From the NCBI GenBank assembly GCA_964016885.1, contig OZ024740.1, positions 289,602,001 to 289,666,000 of the forward strand: a stretch of 64,000 nucleotides of DNA, written 5' to 3'. Position 1 is the first letter of the stretch, and the number at the start of each line of letters is the position of its first letter. The stretch comes from Eledone cirrhosa. Lineage: Eukaryota. The notes below the pieces were generated by a model, which did no database searches, was not told the origin of the DNA, and saw only the letters and a list, made by a program, of their open reading frames with translations. This document shows, piece by piece, positions 54,767-64,000 of this stretch. The translations under genes and the position numbers were made by a program.

Positions 54767-56624
54767 TGCCACAAACGCTAACAATAGCAATTCACGTCGT
54801 GGAGATGGTAAATATAATCTTTTCTTATCTCAGTCTCAAACACGCATGCAAATTCATCATCAAATTTCCTTATTTCTTCTTTTTGCTATCTGGTCCGCTA
54901 AATAACGGTCATGTAATTTTTTATTGCCAGAACTAAGCTGGTTCCGACTGACAGTACCTAGTATTGGCCCTTCTCCCGAGTTACAGACTAACATATTTTT
55001 ATAACCAGCTAATATCTGAATTAGTACAGCCATATTACATGGGTTGGAGGAGTTCTTTAGTTTTGGCTAACAATCCCCCTAGAGGTGGTGGCTTGATAAA
55101 TACACTAGTGGGAGTTCAAACAATCACCCATTGTTACAATCATGTACCAGATTGAACTTGGATGATCTCTACCTTATATGAGGGAGGGCCTCTTCAGCCT
55201 TGAATGGGAACCATTCCTGTGTTGGTGGCTTGATAAGAACAGTGATACAGGTGGTCCCTTATAGCACCAACCTCATTAGGTTCTGATAAATGTCATTTGT
55301 CCAAGATACCACGCAGTCACATCGAACCCGGGAGCTTATGATGGTGAAACGAACTTTCAAACCATTTTGCCATGCTGCATTCACAATATAAACGATGAGA
55401 ATTTGCAATCAATTGTTGGGGATTGCCAGATAAACACTCTTCCTCTTTGTTTCCAATTCTTATTGGCTTATCAGTTCTGGTTTGTTGTTGTTGTTGGACC
55501 TCCGTTGTTTCAGACGATGAGTTCTTTAGCTGATTCCATAAACGGAACAATCTGTACGTGAAATTAAAGGGTACGGGACTGAGCATTCCACAGACATATG
55601 CACACTTAACGTAGTTCTCGGGGAGATTCGGTGTGACACAATGTGTAACAAGGTTGGCTCCTTAAAATACTAGTACAACTCATTTTTGCCAGCTGAATGG
55701 ACTGAAGTAACGTTAAAGAAAGTGTCTTGCTCACCGACATAACGCACCACCCAACCAGGGAATTTAACTCACGATTTCAGACCTGTCAACTTCAATAATA
55801 TTTAATTGTATTTCTCCTGGTTCAATTGCTATTTGCTTTTATTACAAACATTCATTTGTGAACAATCGGACTTTATAATCTCAAAGAAAGTTCCAGTGGA
55901 AAGTGGGAGCTCTACAGTAAGTTAAATGGGGAGGGTTTGATAATGGGAGCAAGCTACAGAAGCAATATGATGTCCTCGACTATCGAGAGTACAACGGAAT
56001 TTGTGAAGAAATAAGTTCAGTGAGATTACATCTTATTCGAGCAATTGGTTCTCCAACAACGACCATCTCGCTCGCGATATTTTAAAAACACATACTTACA
56101 GACCTGACAACTTCTAAAAACCCAAACAGCGAGTACCATGAAGTGCCCCAAACGGGGAGAAATGAGGTCAAATTGGGAGATTTTACATAATGAAAGCTAT
56201 ACCCATTTTAACAAGAGAAGACATTTCTTACCCATCCTATAGTGGATGGGAGATCTCCCCATGGACGGTCAGCGATTTTGAGCTCAACACTCTAACCACT
56301 ACGCTACGCGCCTTCTGGTTTGTATCGATCTTGCTGTTGGCGGCAAATTGTTATCTATTATTTCTACACCCAAACATTCATACTATCTCCATTCTGTTAT
56401 GTTGGCATCTATTTAATTTTGACAGCTTTTTATATTACTGACAATAAAACCAATCTCAGAATTCTGACAATAAATCTTACTTTATTTCTCTTTCTCTTTA
56501 CAGCATGAAATACTTTAAAATTTTAATTACTCGAGATTTTCACGTCATGCCATCTCTATTAACCAATCAGAATTCAACAGTTATTCGATTCGTGATTAGT
56601 ATCGGTTTAGTTGATACATGAGTT

Positions 56625-56709
56625 TTTTCTTTCTTTCTTTCTTTCTTTATTTTTTATTTTATTTTTTTATTTTTTATTTTATTTTTCTTTCTTTCTTTCT
56701 TTTTTTTCT

Positions 56710-56793
<84 letters not shown>
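56625..56793. repeat. (TTTC)n microsatellite
   Basis: Direct reading. Confidence 0.95.
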
Positions 56794-56794
<1 letters not shown>

Positions 56795-58410
56795 TCGTCT
56801 TTCGTTCGATATGCTTTGAATATGCCGCTGATACCGGTACTTTGATCTTTTCCCACAATTCCTTGTGTCTGAAAAGACGCTGAAACCTGGCCAGGTTCAA
56901 TCAGATTTTGCCTTAATGGTAGCAGCACAGCAGCAGCAACAGCAGCAGCAAAAGCAGCAGCAAAAGCAGTAGCAGAATTAGTAGAAACAGCAACAGTAGT
57001 AGTAGTAGTAGTACGAACAGTAACAGCAGCAGCAACAGCAGGAAAGGCGCATTTTGAAGTATTGGTCTATTGGTTGAGTTGGAGTGAAAAAAAATTTACA
57101 AAAACGCGAGGCTCTATCTGCCAGAAATAACAACCAAATCTTCCATAAATCACACCTACCATCTTAAAAGAAGGAAACACCATTTCAATAATGTAGTTAT
57201 AGATATGCATGCATGGTCCCGTAACTTCTGAGGGAGTCGAAGGGCCGCCGTATTGACATACGGCGTTTCTAGGGCATTTAAAAACTTGGTGGAGCCCATC
57301 TCCTCCTCCCCAGGTCTGAATACAGCAGATTTCTTCTAGAGAAGAATAGAAAGAGTGAAAGAATGGAAGTTGGGGATGAATTGATCCCAGTACTAGATTA
57401 ATACTTTTTTTTATCGACCGCAAATGAAAGGTAAAGGAGATCTGAGCGAGATTTGAACTGGAAGAGCAGAGTACCGGAACGAATACTACAAAACATTCTA
57501 TTCCTCATTCTGACAACTCAGCCAATTCACCGCTTTCAGATATAGATATACGAAGTCTACCCCCCCCCCCCCCCCCAAAAAAAAAACGTTTTAAACATAA
57601 TTTGTTGGACCTCCGTCGTTTCCCGTCGTTTCCGACGATGAGTTCTTCAGCTGATTCCATAAACGTAACTATCTGTACGTTAAATTAACGGGTATGTGGC
57701 TCAGCATTCCACAGACACATACACACCTAACGTAGTTCTCGTCGGGGAGATTTTAAACATAACTCCACTGGAGCAGCGTTAGTTTGAGGTTCCATGATGA
57801 CGATAAAAACAACAAACGACGACAGTAACAATAATTGTTTCTACTTTTGGCACAAGGCCAGCAATTATTAGTCCAGTACATTACTGGTACTTTATTTTAT
57901 CGACCCCCGTAAGGATGAAAGGTAAAGTTAACGTCGGCGAGATTTGAACTCAGATCGTAAAGGGACGTAACTCTATGCTGCAAAGCATGGCGTCCGACCC
58001 TCTACTGATACAGCCAATGAAAAAGGACATGCTAACACATTACTAAGTGCTCATGATACGACTAACTTAATGTATGTCTTTAAATGTGTAGAATGGTCTT
58101 CAGCTATATAGAGAATTAAAAAAAAAAATTATTTTACTTGTTTTATCATTAGACTGTCGCTATAATGGAGTATTACTTTAAAGAGATTAAATTGATCATG
58201 ATAAGCCAAGTACTTAATTTTTCATGTCTGGTACTTATTTTGTCAAACCACTAAGTTACGATCACTCAGTATGACTGAGGCAGAAAATTGTCAAAATCAT
58301 TAGAGTGTAAGATATTATGCTTTACGACATTAGTTCCAGCTCTCTGCACTTCTATTTCAAATCCTGCCGAAGTCAACTTTGCCTTTCATGTTATCAAGAT
58401 CGATAAATAT

Positions 58411-58626
58411 GGTTTCTTATATAGGCACAAGGCCAGCAATTTTGGGGGAGGGGAAAGTCGATTAAATCGAACCCAGTGCGTGACGGGTACTTTATTTTAT
58501 CGACCCTGTAAGGATGAAAGGCAAAGTTATCCTCGGCGGGATATGAACTCAAATCATAAAGGGCTGTAACTCGATGCTGCAAAGCATGACATCCGACCCT
58601 CTACCGATACTGCCAATCCACCGCCC
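58411..58626 (-). mobile_element. SINE family 1 nested in an older opposite-strand SINE
   Basis: 17-bp TSD tcaagatcgataaatat at 58394-58410 and 58627-58643. Confidence 0.9.
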
Positions 58627-59243
58627 TCAAGATCGATAAATATAATACTAGTTCAGTATTGTCGGTGATTCTCCTTCCCCACACCCTGACTGTTTTTTTT
58701 CTCTCTGTTTTTTTTTTCTCCATCTTTTCTCTTCGGATTATACCTGTTATTCAAAGGTCGAGTCTTGTCACACCGATTCGGCTTGAGAATTTCGTTAAGG
58801 GTACACGTGTCTGTAGAATGTTCAACTGTTTACACAATATTTTCACAAGAATTAATTTATTTGGTCAAACATCTGAATGCTCATCGTTGAAATCGTTGAA
58901 GGCCCCAATCATATCTGGTCTGGTATGCGAGGCATACCTAGTCATCGTTCGACTATATAGGGGATATAGGTCTGGTGTAGGGTTAAACACAACTACCATT
59001 ACCACCACCATCACCACCACCACCACTATCACCACCACCATGAATACAAACACCACCACCACCACTACCTGTGAGAAATAGAAGTCAAACCTCCCTCATA
59101 TTATCACCCCATAGCAATATTTCTAAAGCAAAAGAAATAATCGTGTTCAAGATAAAATGTCTTTAAAAAGAAAAAAAAAACGGGAAGATCATAAGTGAAA
59201 CGATTTTAATAATAGGTCTGATCGATCAACGTTGACCTGGGTC

Positions 59244-59294
<51 letters not shown>

Positions 59295-59424
59295 TCTTAA
59301 TAACTAAAATAATTAAAGGTAACCATTACAGCAAGAATAACAGAGGCGCAACAGCAGCTGCACAAGCAACAAGTACTATACACTATTGCAATGATGAAAA
59401 TAATTTAAGGTATCTATAATCACA

Positions 59425-59453
59425 ACAGAAACAGCAGCAGCAGCAGCAGCAGC

Positions 59454-59517
<64 letters not shown>

Positions 59518-59704
59518 CCAACAACAACAACAACAGTGACAACAACAACAACAGCAACACCACCACCAACAACAACAACAACACCACCAACAACAGCAAC
59601 ACACCACCACCACCAACAACAACAACACCACCACCACCACCAACAACAACAACAGCAACAACAACAACAACAGTGACACCAACAACAGCAACAACAACAG
59701 TAAC

Positions 59705-59735
<31 letters not shown>

Positions 59736-59785
59736 GCAACAACAACAACAACAGTGACACCAACAACAGCAACAACAACAGAAAC

Positions 59786-59833
<48 letters not shown>

Positions 59834-60485
59834 AGTGACAACAACAGCAACACCACCACTACCAACAACAACAACACCACCACCACCACCACCACCACCA
59901 ACAACAACAGTAACACCACCAACAACAACAACAACAACACCACCACCACCACCACCACCATCAACAACAACAACAACCACAGTAACACCACCACCACCAA
60001 CAACAACAACAGCAACAACAACACCACCACCACCACCACCACCACCATCAACAACAACAACAACAACAGTAACACCACCACCACCATCAACAACAACAAC
60101 AGTAACACCACCAACAACAACAATAACAACAATAGCACCACCACCACCACCACCACCACTACCACCACCACTGCTACCACCACCACCACCACCACCACCA
60201 CCACTACCACCACCACCACCACCACTAACAACAACAACAACAGTAACACCACCACCACCACCACCACCACCACTACCACCACCACCACCACCACCACTAA
60301 CAACAACAACAACAGTAACACCACCACCACCATCACCACCACCACTAACAACAACAACAACAACAGTAGCACCACCACCACCATCACCACCACCACCACC
60401 ACCACCACTAACAACAACAACAGTAACACCACCACCACCACCACCACCACCACCACCACCACCACCAACAACAACAGTGACAACC
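59425..60485. repeat. Compound (CAA/CCA)n array
   Basis: Direct reading. Confidence 0.97.
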
Positions 60486-60871
60486 ACGTAAAAGGTACTT
60501 CCAATTACAACTATCGGTATTTTCTAATTAATCGACCTACTGATTTTTTCTACTGCTCCTGTATTTCTTCAGAATTGCCCTCATTTCTGAAAGAAATTTA
60601 GCAAGGTTGTGTAAAGGAGAGAGAAGTGGTGGGATGGGGTTATCACGTGCACCTGAGTGTGTGTAGTATTACTTGGTGGTGGTGGCGGCGGGAAGGGGTA
60701 AAAGGTGAGCACTAGAAGGGATAGCGGGAAGGAAGGGGATGTCGGTAAACGCTGAAATCGAAGGTAAGAATAGGAATAGATCTCAGATATATGCGAAAAA
60801 CCGTTACTACAGTTCTGCTGTCTTATCTGGATAGTACAGTTCTCACTCAGCCACTATCACCACACCTAACG

Positions 60872-61798
<927 letters not shown>

Positions 61799-62035
61799 AA
61801 TCACCGTCATCACACTAGTTGATACAGTATTGACAGAACAGGATATTCTACATTTCTCCACTTCCCGTTGCTATAGTTATAGATATGTAGCAGGTCTATT
61901 TGGACATTTACAGTTAATTGTAGAGGGTAGAATCCCCGTCTCCGACTACCTCCACCAATCACATCAAACAAACCAACAGGTACAGTAGACCAGCAGATTA
62001 CGCGGATTTAAGCACGCGCTTCGAATAATATAGTA

Positions 62036-62126
62036 CAGGGTGTCCCCCCAAAATGTATACACACTTCTAATAAATATTGCCTGTGCCGGTAATCAAAGTA
62101 TGTATACATTTTTGAGGGACACCTTG
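62036..62126. mobile_element. 91-bp Tc1/mariner-type MITE
   Basis: TA|CAGGGTGTCCC..AAAATGTATACA / TGTATACATTTT..GGGACACCTTG|TA. Confidence 0.88.
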
Positions 62127-62721
62127 TATTTAAAAAAACAAAAAACAAAACCCCAATAACCCTTAACGCTTGTTCCACTTGAAATAATTTCATTGAATGT
62201 AAGAGAGAAAATGTTATACCTTAGGGCTGTCATCCTTTTCTTGAATTTTCTCAACCCACCGAGAATCTGATGTTATGTATTCTCCAAACCATCGACGTGC
62301 TTTTGTACATTCAGACCTGTTAACTCTCCCCGTCCGACGGCGGAGATTTCCAACCAACTTTGGGGTGGGTGAGAGATGTCTTCTCTTGTGAAAATGGGTA
62401 TAGCTTTCATTATAAAATAAAGTACCAGTAATGCACTGGGTATTTGCTGGCCTTGTGCCTAAAGTAGAAACAATTATGTAAAATCTCCCCATTTTGCCTC
62501 ATTTCTCTCCCTTCGGGGGCATTTTATTTCATGGTACTCCCCTTTTGGGTTTTTAGAGGTTGGCATGTCTGTACATATGTGTTTTTGAAATATCGCGAGG
62601 GTGATGGTCGTTGTTGGAGAACCAATTGCCCGAATAAGATGCAATCTCACTGAACTTATTTCTTCACAAATTCCGTTGTACTCTCGATAGTCGAGGACTT
62701 CCTATTGCTTCTGTATCTTGC

Positions 62722-62902
62722 CAGACCTGCCAACCTCTAAAATACGGAACGGGGAGTACCATGAAAAAGAATGCTCCCAAACGGAAGAAATGAGGTAAAA
62801 CGCAGAGATTTTACTTGAAAGCTATACCATTTTCACACTAGAAGACATCTCTCACCCATCCCAAAGTGGGTGGGAGATCTCCCCGTCAAGTTGACAGGTC
62901 TG
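62722..62902. mobile_element. 181-bp MITE with 6-bp TSD
   Basis: TIRs CAGACCTGCCAAC / GTTGACAGGTCTG; TSD TCTTGC; related copies at about 56099-56265 and 62312-62570. Confidence 0.85.
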
Positions 62903-63499
62903 TCTTGCTTCCATTACCAACTCCTCCCCATTTAACTTATTGTAGAGCTCCCACGTCCCTCTGGAACTTTCTTTGAGATTATAAAGTCCGATAAGGCCGT
63001 TGTTCACAAATGAATGTTTGTAATAAAAGCAAATGACAAATGAACCAGGAGAAATATAATTAAAAATTATTGTTTAAAGACAAAAAAATTAAATACACTT
63101 GGAGTGATTTTCATAGGAGTTTTGTGGAGTTTGTTGTTTAATATTTTATCATAGTTTTAATTAGTCATCAATCGCATCTATATTACTCTTTCATTTGTAT
63201 GTGTTGTACTATATTTTGTTTAATTACTAAGTATGTATAAGTCTTTGCTCTAATTTTCTGATTTCTGTTTTTTTATTTTTTTTTATTTAATATGATATTT
63301 GTGATTAGAATTAATTTTCCACTTTAATGTTGCCTTGACACATTTTTCTAAATGGATTTGTATTCCAATTGTTTTAGTGAATCCCTCTACACTGTATGTA
63401 AAAAGTCTTTGCATTGTCCATTATATTCATCTCTATACATGTTATAGTTGGTTTTCATTCCATACAAACTGCTATTAGCATACGATCTACTGTAAGAGT

Positions 63500-64000
63500 C
63501 AGAAATAAGTGAATGGATAGAGAAAGGTATCGTAAACCCAGATAGGGAGGAAATATCAAACTGGCCAAATTACGACCCAGTGACACCTGGATACTACATA
63601 AGGAGCTACAGCGGTGATATTAGCGCAAAGGATAAATGTTCACATGAAACAAAAAGACATTTATAGAAGAACAAAAGGAAGCCAAAGACGTTCACATGCC
63701 GAAAGGTCAGATACTGACCAACAAAACCATAGCTGTAGCCTTTAAACAAAAAGGGTCTGAGAATAGCATGGATTGATTATCAGATGGCTTTTAACTCTTT
63801 GTTCTTCAACTGTAGATTCTGAAACATTTACCGTGTCAGATAACACCAATGAAAATATATCATGAATAAACATAGTCATTTTTCAGTTTCAAATAAAACA
63901 CTGAAGAGTAACCAAAATATGGTCCCTACCAGAAAAAAATATTCCAAAGGGACTCTAACTCTTCATATATTTTCTTTCTGGTGTTAAGTTCTTTAGTCAA
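63500..64000 (+). pseudogene. Very degenerate R4-like RT remnant
   Basis: atattccaaagggactct resembles IFQGDS; upstream sequence is only weakly suggestive. Confidence 0.35.

Noticed and set aside
57615-57660. Minus-strand CTGAAGA..GAAA hammerhead candidate
   Set aside because: Stems I and II do not pair; part of SINE family 2, whose other copy lacks the core.
63895-63945. CTGAAGA..GAAA hammerhead candidate
   Set aside because: No UH site or stem I partner after GAAA.

Overview
AT-rich, microsatellite-dense animal genomic DNA. The repeat repertoire suggests a coleoid cephalopod such as octopus (inference). No host gene can be supported; nearly all recognisable sequence is mobile DNA. It includes a tandem array of R4/Dong-type RLE non-LTR elements in (CATA)n, a decayed Tx1/L1 element, two related Penelope-like (PLE) families with RT plus C-terminal GIY-YIG, Helitrons, maT (DD37D) and hAT remnants, MITEs and many tRNA-derived SINEs. 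The main signal missed by the ORF track is about 14 type I hammerhead ribozyme motifs from roughly 9 families, almost all in inserts flanked by (AT)n. Variants include a compensatory U3-A8 core, 100-116 nt stem II domains and a recurring C.A closure of stem II. These inserts show greater-than-unit-length permuted copies (monomers of 423, 525, 625 and 6452 bp) and fold-back junctions. Together this suggests an (AT)n-targeting PLE/retrozyme system that may copy from circular RNA. All structures were paired by eye; no activity or database result is claimed.
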